IMG/VR virus record: IMGVR_UViG_3300037262_000003
Span: 46,054 to 110,053 of that record
DNA length: 64,000 nt
Reading direction: 5' to 3' (one strand)
Source of the DNA: a virus
The notes under the pieces were generated by a model, which worked only from the letters and a program-made list of their open reading frames with translations, was not told the origin of the DNA and searched no databases. Of this stretch, positions 9,974 through 19,017 are shown piece by piece (the stretch's first letter is position 1; each line of letters starts with the position of its first letter). The translations under genes and the position numbers were made by a program.

Positions 9974-10885
9974 GTGCCCATCTTCGCAAGCCAGTTTGGC
10001 TATGCCAACGCCTATGACCCGATTGGACTTGATACGGGCACGCCATCAGTCGGTGCCACTCTAGGCAAGTCAGCCAAGGCTTCACCTACTGAGCCCGAAA
10101 AGGTAGGTGCCAGTGTAGGAGCATCAGCCGCAGCGTCAGCAGCAGCGGAAGCGGCAGCGTCCAACGCTGCCAACCAGCAGCTATCCAGCTCTAACGGCAA
10201 CGCAGGATCGACATCACTGGCTAACCAGGGCACACTGAACAAGCTGACCCGTATGGAGTCAATGACTGCCGGGGCCACTAACGCTCCCCTCTCTGACCCG
10301 CAGACGAACACTTACAGGTCAGATAGCGACATGCTTGACACACCGAGTGGCCCGACACCAAAGGAAGCCACTGTTAGCGCCCCGGCAAAGTCGTCTCACA
10401 CTCTTGCTGCATCGTCAGGTGGCGGGGGATTCTTCCACAGCATTGCCAACGGATTCGACACTGCCCGTCATTCTGTGTCAGCGGGAACTGACTGGCTCAT
10501 GAACACCAACGGGACTAACCCCAGTAGCCCGAACAACATGGGATCTGCCAAGACATACGCACCTCGCGGCACTACTGACTCAGGTGTGACAGAACCTTCC
10601 AATGTGTGGAACCCATCTCAGTACACCAACACTCCAAGCCCGAGCGGCAATGGAAGTGTGATGGCTGGCGTGTCCAGCCCTAGTGCTATCGCTGCTGAGT
10701 CAAGCCCGCGTGCCATCGGCATGAACGGTGCCTACAATGAGCAGCAGTTCGGCCGTCTACAGCAGGCACGTAACGCAGCGCAGTCCCAGGTCGATGACAA
10801 TGACGCTCCTGGCTGGATGCAGGACATCGAGAATTTCGCCAACAGCCCGCAGGGCAAGCTTGTAGGAGCAGACGACGACGGCTAA
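9974..10885 (+). CDS. Low-complexity hypothetical protein, antisense within the tail module
   Basis: Fills the gap between two minus-strand genes; GGAG RBS before GTG at 9974. Confidence 0.7.
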   Translation: MPIFASQFGYANAYDPIGLDTGTPSVGATLGKSAKASPTEPEKVGASVGASAAASAAAEAAASNAANQQLSSSNGNAGSTSLANQGTLNKLTRMESMTAGATNAPLSDPQTNTYRSDSDMLDTPSGPTPKEATVSAPAKSSHTLAASSGGGGFFHSIANGFDTARHSVSAGTDWLMNTNGTNPSSPNNMGSAKTYAPRGTTDSGVTEPSNVWNPSQYTNTPSPSGNGSVMAGVSSPSAIAAESSPRAIGMNGAYNEQQFGRLQQARNAAQSQVDDNDAPGWMQDIENFANSPQGKLVGADDDG

Positions 10886-11677
10886 TCACTTCTTCTTGGT
10901 GGTCTTCTTCGGTGGCACATAGTTCTTTAGGTTCCCGTAAGGGTTAAGAACTCCCTGTGCCATCGCCCCATTGGAGAGATAACTGCTTGACGTGCTTGGC
11001 AGCATCTGGAATGAGATGTCAATCGTCGCACGATAGGGCACCATGTTCTGGGTGAATGCCGTGTACGTAACGTCCCACTCGTTGATGAAGCCGTAGTATC
11101 CCAGCCTGTTCTCCTGTGCCATGCGAGTAGCGTTGGCACCCACATTCTGCCCGAAGTACACCCAAGAGAAAATGTTCATCATGACCCCGCCCTTGTTAAC
11201 GGTCGGGGTCTTTATCTTTGTCGTGCCGGAAGCCAGATTCGACAGCATACCGGTGAACTGCATGATCTGCACAACGTCAGACTGCACGCCAATCAATGAA
11301 GGGTCGTTGGACGTGCCGTTTGGCTTATTGTAGTTGACTTCATACGTGCGGTCGAAGTACAGTGTCCATGACACTGACTGGGACAGCGGAATAGCCAGAA
11401 CGGAACTAGCCCCAGGAGCGTTGTAAAGCATGGCTGCCTGGGCCTGGTTCGATTCAATGGAGAACGCAGCATAGACCTGCTGAGGATTGTACATAAAATT
11501 GAACGTAGCCCGGCCACCGTAGGAGCCTCCGGTGTAACCCAGGTTACCTCCGTTGACATCCCAGATCATGTAGCCCTTCTGGAGGTTAGGCGTCAGGCCC
11601 ATGGCCCGGTCCTTGGTAGCCGATAGCTGCTTAGCAAATGGCGGCTGTGTGATTAGGGCCTGTGTTGCTGTAGCCAT
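10886..11677 (-). CDS. Tail tube initiator-like protein
   Basis: FNFMYNP...LYFDRTYE...YYGFINEWDVTYTAFTQNMVPYRATIDISF. Confidence 0.75.
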   Translation of the reverse strand: MATATQALITQPPFAKQLSATKDRAMGLTPNLQKGYMIWDVNGGNLGYTGGSYGGRATFNFMYNPQQVYAAFSIESNQAQAAMLYNAPGASSVLAIPLSQSVSWTLYFDRTYEVNYNKPNGTSNDPSLIGVQSDVVQIMQFTGMLSNLASGTTKIKTPTVNKGGVMMNIFSWVYFGQNVGANATRMAQENRLGYYGFINEWDVTYTAFTQNMVPYRATIDISFQMLPSTSSSYLSNGAMAQGVLNPYGNLKNYVPPKKTTKKK

Positions 11678-11865
11678 TGCTCGCGGGCCTTTCGTTCGAT
11701 TTCAATCATCTCTGAAGCCCAGTTTACATAGTGACGGCGTATCCTTACGGACATCCCCATTAGCTCGTTGAAGCCCCAGCCCGTGAAGTACTGGGACAAC
11801 TCCCCCACGTCCTGAATGGTCTGCTTGTAGTTCAGACCCTTAAACGAAGCCGAGGAGGAGGTCAC
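11653..11865 (-). CDS. Tail assembly chaperone C-terminal part (T4 gp51/GT-like), probably reached by frameshift
   Basis: GWGFNELMGMSVRIRRHY motif; overlaps the upstream gene in the +1 frame; no RBS. Confidence 0.65.
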   Translation of the reverse strand: MTSSSASFKGLNYKQTIQDVGELSQYFTGWGFNELMGMSVRIRRHYVNWASEMIEIERKAREQWLQQHRP

Positions 11866-12676
11866 GAAACAGATCCACCATGCTGAGTGCCAGCTTCACT
11901 TCCTTCTGGCACTCCTCATGCACGAAGCTGATCACGTTGTAACGCGGGCCAGGCTGACGATCGCTAATTGCTTCGACAAGATTGTGACGGTCTGGGATGT
12001 TCATCTCTGCGATGGCACCAGGGAATGCCTGAACGTGAATGCTCGATCCGTCAGTACGCGTGATGGTCTTGACGCAGCGGCGTAGCATCTCGGAGTTACG
12101 CTCTGTGGCAGTCCAGTTCTTGTTGTCGCAAGCCTTCTGATCCACGCCCGTTGGGAATCGGACTAGGGCCTTGGCACCACGACGGAGTTCGATCTCGAAA
12201 CCAGGCTCTCCGTATTCATTGGATTCCAAGGCGACACGTTCAACGCTGTCAGCGAGGGAGAAATTCAAATCACTCTGGACACCGCAGTGCGGGCAGGTCC
12301 ATCCTTCGAGTTCAAAGTCAGGCCCGTACGTAGCCACACGGATCTGGATGAGAAGCTCGTCACGGTCACCTAGCAAGAGGTTGGCAACACTGTCAGGAGT
12401 CGCGGGTATTCCCTGAATGTGCGTCACCCCACGGTTAAGCAGGGTGTCCATGAAGTGGAACGTTGAGTTAGATGCCATCGTCCTAGACAGGGCTTCCTCG
12501 TCAACGCCCGTGAGTTCCTTGACCTGAGCCGTCAGACCACTCGGAAGGTTGATCAGGTCACCGGGAGCGTTGGGGACAAGCGGAATGTCCTGGCTCCCGG
12601 TGAGCTGCGCGATAAGGTCGTTGACTCTGCTGGGGTTAGCTAGAGCTTCTTCTCGACTAATGAAGGTGTTTTCCAT
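11840..12676 (-). CDS. Tail/baseplate assembly chaperone (T4 gp26-like)
   Basis: VKELTGVDEEAL, LLLGDRDELLIQIRVATYG, CPHC, RFPTG. Confidence 0.8.
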   Translation of the reverse strand: MENTFISREEALANPSRVNDLIAQLTGSQDIPLVPNAPGDLINLPSGLTAQVKELTGVDEEALSRTMASNSTFHFMDTLLNRGVTHIQGIPATPDSVANLLLGDRDELLIQIRVATYGPDFELEGWTCPHCGVQSDLNFSLADSVERVALESNEYGEPGFEIELRRGAKALVRFPTGVDQKACDNKNWTATERNSEMLRRCVKTITRTDGSSIHVQAFPGAIAEMNIPDRHNLVEAISDRQPGPRYNVISFVHEECQKEVKLALSMVDLFRDLLLGFV

Positions 12677-12701
12677 TTAATGCTCCAATTTCCTCTGTTA
12701 G

Positions 12702-13289
12702 TTAGAAGGATACTCCGGTGGTGACGTTGGTTCCTACTATGAGATCCCAACCCTCATGGGCCAGAGTCATCTGTGATACGAGAATCTGGTTTGCGCCAGC
12801 GTCAAGATCAGAGTAGGATACGGATGACGGCCATGCGTTGTAGACACGGAACCATGCGTTGATAGGAGCGGCATAGCCCGTTACAGGATGACCGAGGATC
12901 TGAACGTCAACAGTCGCACGGAACTCGCTGCCAGGCCCGTTCGGAAACTGGGCAGTATCATCAGTCGTAGCAGCAGCGGTGCCCTGCATGACCTGGAATA
13001 GCTGCTTGAGCCACGCCAGCTCGTACTGAGTGCCCACGGCAAGTCCACGGCTCAGAACGATCGGGCTGAAGTCAGCCTGCCCAGGAAGCTTCTGAGTTAC
13101 CGTGTTCATTGATCCGTCACGGTAAGCGATAACGCTCACAGTAACCGACAGCCCAGACACAGACATGAATCCGACACTGATAGCACCGCCCGCAGGAGGT
13201 GTGATGCTAACGACAAACTTGAAGTTACGTATCGGGTCTGTCTGAATGCGAGCCACACTGCTAGTCTGTGTGACCTGAATGTTACCGAT
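12702..13289 (-). CDS. Tail tube protein (T4 gp19-like)
   Basis: TDPIRNFKF, GFMSVSGL, YRDG, KLPGQADFSPIVLSRG, NAWP...LAHEG; start codon uncertain. Confidence 0.9.
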   Translation of the reverse strand: MGNIQVTQTSSVARIQTDPIRNFKFVVSITPPAGGAISVGFMSVSGLSVTVSVIAYRDGSMNTVTQKLPGQADFSPIVLSRGLAVGTQYELAWLKQLFQVMQGTAAATTDDTAQFPNGPGSEFRATVDVQILGHPVTGYAAPINAWFRVYNAWPSSVSYSDLDAGANQILVSQMTLAHEGWDLIVGTNVTTGVSF

Positions 13290-13713
13290 GGCCGTAGCCC
13301 CTTTCACGAGTGCGATGCCTATGGCAGTTGGCACACACGACTTCACATTTGGCTATCTCGCGCAGGAGACGTGGCATAGCGTATGTCTTCATAGCAGCTA
13401 CGTTTCCGGACTTCTCAAACCCTGGAAGGTGATCAAAGTCAAGAGCTTCCGGGTACCTATCGTACCCACAATCGGCACAGCCACTCTCTATCTTTATTCT
13501 ATCTATAAATGCTTGACGGTCGGCGTAAGCTTCGGGAGAGATTCGGCAGTACGTGGGATCATCTTCCCGCTTACTCTTGCGCCAGTCTTTCTTCCATTCC
13601 AGCGTTTCATACGACTCGTGACGCCCGTTGTGGCCGAAGACGCGACCGCAGTAGTTACCACGCTTCATGCGATGGTTACAGCGGTCGCTGTCTTCTAGCT
13701 TTTCGAACGCCAC
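13282..13713 (-). CDS. HNH homing endonuclease
   Basis: CADCG...ALDFDHL...EIAKCEVVCANCHRHRT. Confidence 0.85.
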   Translation of the reverse strand: MAFEKLEDSDRCNHRMKRGNYCGRVFGHNGRHESYETLEWKKDWRKSKREDDPTYCRISPEAYADRQAFIDRIKIESGCADCGYDRYPEALDFDHLPGFEKSGNVAAMKTYAMPRLLREIAKCEVVCANCHRHRTRERGYGHR

Positions 13714-13722
13714 GACAGTTCC

Positions 13723-15735
13723 TTACGAGCTAACTGTGGCTGACGAACCTGAGGCCATCTGGGTCAAAGAGATCACCACGAACTCGGCAGGTGCTGCAAG
13801 CGCAACGGCCACGGTCGCGTTAACCATTCCTGCTGCAATTGTATTCGGTGTGTTCACTGTGCTATCGCAGATGACCTGGAAGGAAGTGCTCGGGGTATTG
13901 CCCGCGAGCAGACCGTCCTGCATCTCCGACGTTAGATAGCCCGTGATGGCTGTTGACATGTTCGACCAGAGCACGGAGTCGTTGTTCTGGAATACAGCGA
14001 ACGCTGTGATCGCCTGTAGGTCATGCTGGAGCTTCATCAACGTACGATTGATGTTGATGTACTTGGCAGGGTAGCCAGCGGCAGTTGTCAGACCGCCGAA
14101 GATGCAGAACCCAGTGTTCGGCACGATCTTGATCGGGTTGATCTGAGACGTCTCAAGGTTGCCTAGGTCAGTCGGTGTGAAGTAGGCTTCGAGTGCTACC
14201 GCTGTGACGCTCGTCTGAGTTCCAGCAGGAGTCTGAGCGACATTGTTCTGGTTGTCGTTGACTGCCCACTGGCCAAGTACAGCGCCTCCCGGCGGAACCC
14301 ACTTAGTTGCAGAGGAAGTACCAGCGGCAGGGTCGATGATTGACATCCAAGGACCGTAGATCTGACCGTTCTGAGAGGCCGTCACTGACGATCCTGACTG
14401 GCCCGATGTCATAGTCGTGTATGACGCTGCGACTACGGCACTGGTTGTCAGTCCGCCATTGAACATTCCGTCGATCACAAGAGCGACATTACCCACGCTG
14501 TTAGCCCAGGTGAGTACGTTGTTGAGAAGTGTGTAGTTGATAGTGGGAGATCCGCCCTGCAAGCCAGAAGAATCCGGCAGGTTAAGGTTGAGGATCTGGT
14601 GACCCACAATTCCGGCGAATGATCCCTGCTGCCATGAGACAGACACCGTGGCAGTGCCCGAAAGAGCGCCGTACAGGTCAATGGCAGTGGTTCCGTCTGT
14701 GCCAGGGGTGCTTGAGATAACGGCAGGCTGACTCGGGCCGGTAGCTGTTCCCAGGCTGATCGGGGTAGCGATGGCGTAAGGGTCAGACACTCCTGATACG
14801 TACGATCCTGCGCTCGGGTAATTCGATAGGCGAATGTAAGCCGAACCTGACGTTGTGCTGTTGATCATGCCAGGAGCATAACGGGAGCTTGCAGGGTTAA
14901 GGGAGATGCTTGGCCAGATCTCTACGACGTTGGCTGCATTCGGGCCACCCTGGTAGATCTGTAGAGTGAAGAGGCTAGTAGCAGAGCCGTTAGTCGGGGT
15001 GATGCTGATGAACAGGTTAGATCCCCATACGCCAGGGAACAACGAGGTAACCGTCATAGACTGTACGCCCGTGGTGTTTGTCGTCGGAGGAACTGCGCCA
15101 GTAGAGGTAGGAGGTGCGGTGATCGTCAGCGCTGTGCCAATGGCAGTCGGGCTGCCTACAGTCTGCTGACGAGTGTACGTACCGGAGCCGCCTACCTGAG
15201 TCGAGTAGCAGTACCAGCCCGTTGCGTTAAGATCCGTTGGCGGTGAGGGGATGGTGATCGTTGATGTAGAGCCCGTCGTCAGGATAGATCCTGACGGAGA
15301 CGGAGTGGTCTCACCATTGCCCGTGACGTAAGTCACTTCGAAGCGATACGTACCGGCTGCGACAGTACCGCCAGAGGTAGCAGTAGTTGGAACTGGCGCA
15401 GATGGAGCCGAAAGCTCAGGGCCAGTAGTGTCAGCAACAGTCAAAGCAGCCTGCGTGGCATCGCTGTTAGGAACACGCAGGACGTAGCAGCCCGTGCCAC
15501 CGTTAGCGAAATACTGGTACACGGCGTATGGAAGATAGCTCGCAGAGCCCGAGCTGAACCCTCCGTACAGACGCTGGAATGCCTGCCAGTTGGTGATAAA
15601 CGTCGGAACAGTAGGACCCACGTTGTAGTTTGCGGCGAAGGCTGCAACGGCCTCGCCCGGAATGTTACCGGCACTGACCGTAACAGGTGCTGGTACCTGG
15701 TTTACGTACACACCTGGGTAAGTGTAGGCGGTCAT
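13723..15735 (-). CDS. Tail sheath protein with inserted Ig/FN3-like domain
   Basis: YPGVYV, YFANGGTGCYVLRV, WVPPGGAVLG, INPIK, KYININR, PAEFVVI. Confidence 0.95.
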   Translation of the reverse strand: MTAYTYPGVYVNQVPAPVTVSAGNIPGEAVAAFAANYNVGPTVPTFITNWQAFQRLYGGFSSGSASYLPYAVYQYFANGGTGCYVLRVPNSDATQAALTVADTTGPELSAPSAPVPTTATSGGTVAAGTYRFEVTYVTGNGETTPSPSGSILTTGSTSTITIPSPPTDLNATGWYCYSTQVGGSGTYTRQQTVGSPTAIGTALTITAPPTSTGAVPPTTNTTGVQSMTVTSLFPGVWGSNLFISITPTNGSATSLFTLQIYQGGPNAANVVEIWPSISLNPASSRYAPGMINSTTSGSAYIRLSNYPSAGSYVSGVSDPYAIATPISLGTATGPSQPAVISSTPGTDGTTAIDLYGALSGTATVSVSWQQGSFAGIVGHQILNLNLPDSSGLQGGSPTINYTLLNNVLTWANSVGNVALVIDGMFNGGLTTSAVVAASYTTMTSGQSGSSVTASQNGQIYGPWMSIIDPAAGTSSATKWVPPGGAVLGQWAVNDNQNNVAQTPAGTQTSVTAVALEAYFTPTDLGNLETSQINPIKIVPNTGFCIFGGLTTAAGYPAKYININRTLMKLQHDLQAITAFAVFQNNDSVLWSNMSTAITGYLTSEMQDGLLAGNTPSTSFQVICDSTVNTPNTIAAGMVNATVAVALAAPAEFVVISLTQMASGSSATVSS

Positions 15736-15744
15736 CTAGTCTCC

Positions 15745-16494
15745 TTAACCGACGTTGACCTGGCTGACAAGTCCCGCGCTCAAGACCCCTGTATTGAGCG
15801 CGATCCCAGCCGGGCTATCAAGATCGATATCGCCCAGATCGGAGTATACGGAGAGGTCAAGGTTTATCATGCTTACAGGAATAAGCGTACCACCCCAAGC
15901 CACAGAACTCCGAATGTCCTCTAGTAGCTCTGTGTAAAGACGCACACGGTAGACCACCTTGAACAGACGCTTGCCGTCTTCATCGAGGCCATAGCCTTCT
16001 TCTGGTCCACCCAGGAGACGCATTGTTCTTAGTGTCCCGTTCTGTGGTACCCACATGGCACCCATCTTCGCAGGAAGACGCCAGAGTGTGGCAAGCTCAG
16101 CAATGAGAGGCTGGATGTGCTCGTTCCAGAAACGCCCGTACAGCGTGACCTGGTAGTCAAGGTTGTACGGAGTTGGCGGGAACGGTGTGTAATACGGCGA
16201 ATCCCGAGGGTCTAGCGCATGAGGATCAAACGCCGTGCCGAAAGCGAAAGGCGTCAGTCCTTCTGGCGTGTAAGGGATCTGCACCATCGCGCCCGACTGC
16301 ATTCTCTCCTGGTCAGGATAGATACCAGCGTGCTCGATGATGATGACAGGGTATGTGAGGTTAGCCAGCTCGTCCTGAGGCAGACGGAATCGCACGCCAA
16401 CAGGACGACCTCCGACAGGAGCGTTCGTGTCTGTTACCGTGAGTCCCTGTAGACGCCACTTCATAACGGCGTCCTCATCGCGCAGCCATGGCAT
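15745..16494 (-). CDS. Tail terminator / sheath stabiliser
   Basis: Lies between neck and sheath; TYPVIII, PYNLDYQVT, GKRLF. Confidence 0.65.
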   Translation of the reverse strand: MPWLRDEDAVMKWRLQGLTVTDTNAPVGGRPVGVRFRLPQDELANLTYPVIIIEHAGIYPDQERMQSGAMVQIPYTPEGLTPFAFGTAFDPHALDPRDSPYYTPFPPTPYNLDYQVTLYGRFWNEHIQPLIAELATLWRLPAKMGAMWVPQNGTLRTMRLLGGPEEGYGLDEDGKRLFKVVYRVRLYTELLEDIRSSVAWGGTLIPVSMINLDLSVYSDLGDIDLDSPAGIALNTGVLSAGLVSQVNVG

Positions 16495-17061
16495 TACTGT
16501 GTACCCCCACCAATTGTGCTAGGCGGCCCGTTGGTAGTGTAAGGCCCGCCCGGAGCCCAGTCAGCGAACTGCGAGTCCCAGACCAGCTCGTCGGGCTTGA
16601 CCTGTGTCGTGGAGATGGCAACGATGATGTCACGACGCTGCATCTGACCTCTGACGGAGATCTGGCGTACTCGGAATACCTTCCTGTCGTACACCACGCG
16701 ATCCTTCATGTAGTTGCCTGTCATGATGTCAGCGTAATCCATACCGGCCTGTAGCATCTTGCTGAACGAGACGATGAGGGCGGCGTCGTCGTTGTAGTAG
16801 AATCCGTTCTCAGACTCTTCGTTGGCACCTTCCACGTGCTCGATATGCATACACTGTAGACGCTGTGACGGCAGGTACATAAGCCCGTTGCCCGTAGGCT
16901 CGTCGTAAACGTCATCCATCTGAGAGTTGGCCTCATCGAAACGGAAGTAGTCCGCCCAGTCACCATCAACGGCCTGCCATCCGTCCATGGCACCGAGGAT
17001 CTTGTCAGTCTCATAAATAGTCCGGATTAAATCTTCCACGCTTGAAGTCCATGCGGCTCAC
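16494..17061 (-). CDS. Head-closure/neck protein; 5' end apparently frameshifted
   Basis: DDVYDE, GFYYND, KDRVVYDRKVFRV; the strong RBS leads to GTG 17061, which is in a different frame from the gene body. Confidence 0.65.
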
Positions 17062-17291
17062 CGGCTAACCACCTCCTTCAGCACCCACTCCGCGAACAAG
17101 CGTAGCTGTTCGGGCGATGCATCTCGTTTCATGCTGTTAGCCAGGTGGCTAATGACTTGGACATTACCTGGGACATACCCTAGGGCAGGGACGATGCGGT
17201 CAAGGCTTGGAGCATTGTGCCCTGGACCTCTTCCAGTACCAGGATACAGGGAAATCCCCAAGACAGGGCAAACATCTGGGATGTAGAACAC
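17058..17291 (-). pseudogene. C-terminal remnant of an HNH-like endonuclease
   Basis: IPDVCPVLG...PSLDRIVPALGYVPGNVQVISHLANSMK; N-terminal half missing. Confidence 0.65.
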
Positions 17292-17293
17292 TA

Positions 17294-17638
17294 CTACTCC
17301 CAGTCCTCGTGATAGACGCGTGCCGGAATTATCCCACCCATCTTCTGGGCGAAACGCTCTCCGTCATCTGTGCGCTCTGGTGCGTGCATGAGCTGCCCGC
17401 CAGTTGCGGCCTGGGCGCGCTGGTACAGAGCTGTTCCTATTCCCCTGCCACGATCTGCCTTGTCGTAGACCTTTACCTCACCGATCTGCGGACGAGACTG
17501 GCCTGAGTCGTAGTTAGACAGATAGCTCAGGTGCGCCACGGGCTCGTCATTCCGCATGGCGAATACGTGGCCCGAGTTGGTGTCCGGGTCGTGGTGCTCC
17601 TCGAACTGCACACTGTTGAGGTGGTCTGTCGCTGACAT
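17294..17638 (-). CDS. GNAT-family acetyltransferase
   Basis: Motif A: VYDKADRGRGIGTALY. Confidence 0.75.
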   Translation of the reverse strand: MSATDHLNSVQFEEHHDPDTNSGHVFAMRNDEPVAHLSYLSNYDSGQSRPQIGEVKVYDKADRGRGIGTALYQRAQAATGGQLMHAPERTDDGERFAQKMGGIIPARVYHEDWE

Positions 17639-18039
17639 TACTTCATCCTCGTCTTGTAACCCTTGTCGCCACGCTCTCCAAGGGAATCTCTTGCCTTCTG
17701 TTCATCAGGATTGCGGGCTGTTGACCACGAGTCGTGGACTGCATTAGGCTGTGCCGTAGGATTGTCACCCACGTCTACGGCAGGCAAGGGCATTCCTAGC
17801 CTTGCGGCTACTGCCGCCCGATGATGCCCGCCACCCTGGATCTGGTAGTTACCAGCACGGTCGTTGAACTTGACACCCACAGGAGTCTGAAAACCATTCT
17901 CCTTGACGTGCGACTCCAACTTGGACATGTACTCGGGCTCGCGGTTGTATAGCGTGTCAGCCACAGCGTGAAGGGACTTGCCCTTCACACCGGGGTCTGA
18001 GCCTACGACATGCTTGAACTGTTCAGGCGAGAACTCCAT
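17638..18039 (-). CDS. ParB/Srx-like N-terminal domain protein
   Basis: HVKENGFQTPV...GGHHRAAVAARLG. Confidence 0.7.
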   Translation of the reverse strand: MEFSPEQFKHVVGSDPGVKGKSLHAVADTLYNREPEYMSKLESHVKENGFQTPVGVKFNDRAGNYQIQGGGHHRAAVAARLGMPLPAVDVGDNPTAQPNAVHDSWSTARNPDEQKARDSLGERGDKGYKTRMK

Positions 18040-19001
18040 TAGACACCCCAGTTCGCAAACCAGGGAGAAGGCAGACCAGAGTTGTCGTCGTAGCGGTGAT
18101 CCACCGGAGGAATCTGACGTACCGGCCAGCGGTGGTCATCGTACTCGCGATCCTTGAACAGAGGAACGAGTCTTCCGGTTGTCCTAGACACACGACGCAA
18201 TGGCAGGGTCTCAGAACGGTAGAGCCCGACGTTGAGCTGTCCGCAGTAGTCCATGTACCGGGCCGTAAGGCCCTGGATCTGCTCCATGATCTGACGGTAT
18301 CTTGTGGTCCTGTCAATGACAGTGCCCTCAGCCGTCTGAACATTGGAATCACTGGCTGCATCATTAGCCAGAGCCCAGAATGCATTGATCGTCGTGAGCA
18401 TCTCGACTAGAGGTTCTTCGATAGCCGGTAGGTTCTGTAGCGTCTTGGTCTCTTCACGATACGAGTAGAACCCACGGGCGTCTAGGTAACGTTCGTTGAT
18501 CTCCTGCCCGTAGACATGCTGACGAGTCGAGTCCATTGCGATGATCGCAAGCTCGTAGTCAGAGAACAGAGACCAGGCCGACCCCACGATGATCAACGTT
18601 GAGTTCAGCGGAACAGGAGCGCCCAGGAAGATCTGCCCGTTAATGGTGTCGATAGCGTAAGCCGAGGCTGTGTCATCCTGCCAGTAGGCCGTGCCGCCAG
18701 AAACGGGAGCGTAATCTATGTTGTCCTGTAGGGCAGTGTAGAACCCCAGTTCATACGCGACCTGGTTGCCTGCGCCGTATGTGACGGTGCTCGACCACGG
18801 AGTAGCTGACGTGAAGTCCGCCAGTACCGTCTCTATGGCCCCTGAGACGACCGTGACGGCTAGAACAGAGGACCGGTTGACTTCCTGCTTGGGTAGGTCA
18901 TACCAGAGCGTCTGTCCGTCTCCTAGGGCCGTTGTACGGAACGGCGTAGGCGGGTCACCGATCTGGAATCGGACCCTGTGAATAAGATCCTTTAGATGCA
19001 T
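18039..19001 (-). CDS. Head-tail adaptor-like protein with CBM-like insert
   Basis: RVRFQIGD, LRRVSRTTGRLVPLFKDREYDD; insert PWSSTVTYGAGNQVAY...AYW. Confidence 0.6.
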   Translation of the reverse strand: MHLKDLIHRVRFQIGDPPTPFRTTALGDGQTLWYDLPKQEVNRSSVLAVTVVSGAIETVLADFTSATPWSSTVTYGAGNQVAYELGFYTALQDNIDYAPVSGGTAYWQDDTASAYAIDTINGQIFLGAPVPLNSTLIIVGSAWSLFSDYELAIIAMDSTRQHVYGQEINERYLDARGFYSYREETKTLQNLPAIEEPLVEMLTTINAFWALANDAASDSNVQTAEGTVIDRTTRYRQIMEQIQGLTARYMDYCGQLNVGLYRSETLPLRRVSRTTGRLVPLFKDREYDDHRWPVRQIPPVDHRYDDNSGLPSPWFANWGV

Positions 19002-19017
19002 CGGTTATCCCTTCGGT

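Noticed and set aside
13275-13710. Group I intron splitting the tail tube start
   Set aside because: The interval is entirely HNH coding sequence, with no recognisable P/Q/R/S core
1-16494. Extracellular contractile injection system / tailocin
   Set aside because: Portal, terminase, scaffold and capsid are present, so this is a phage
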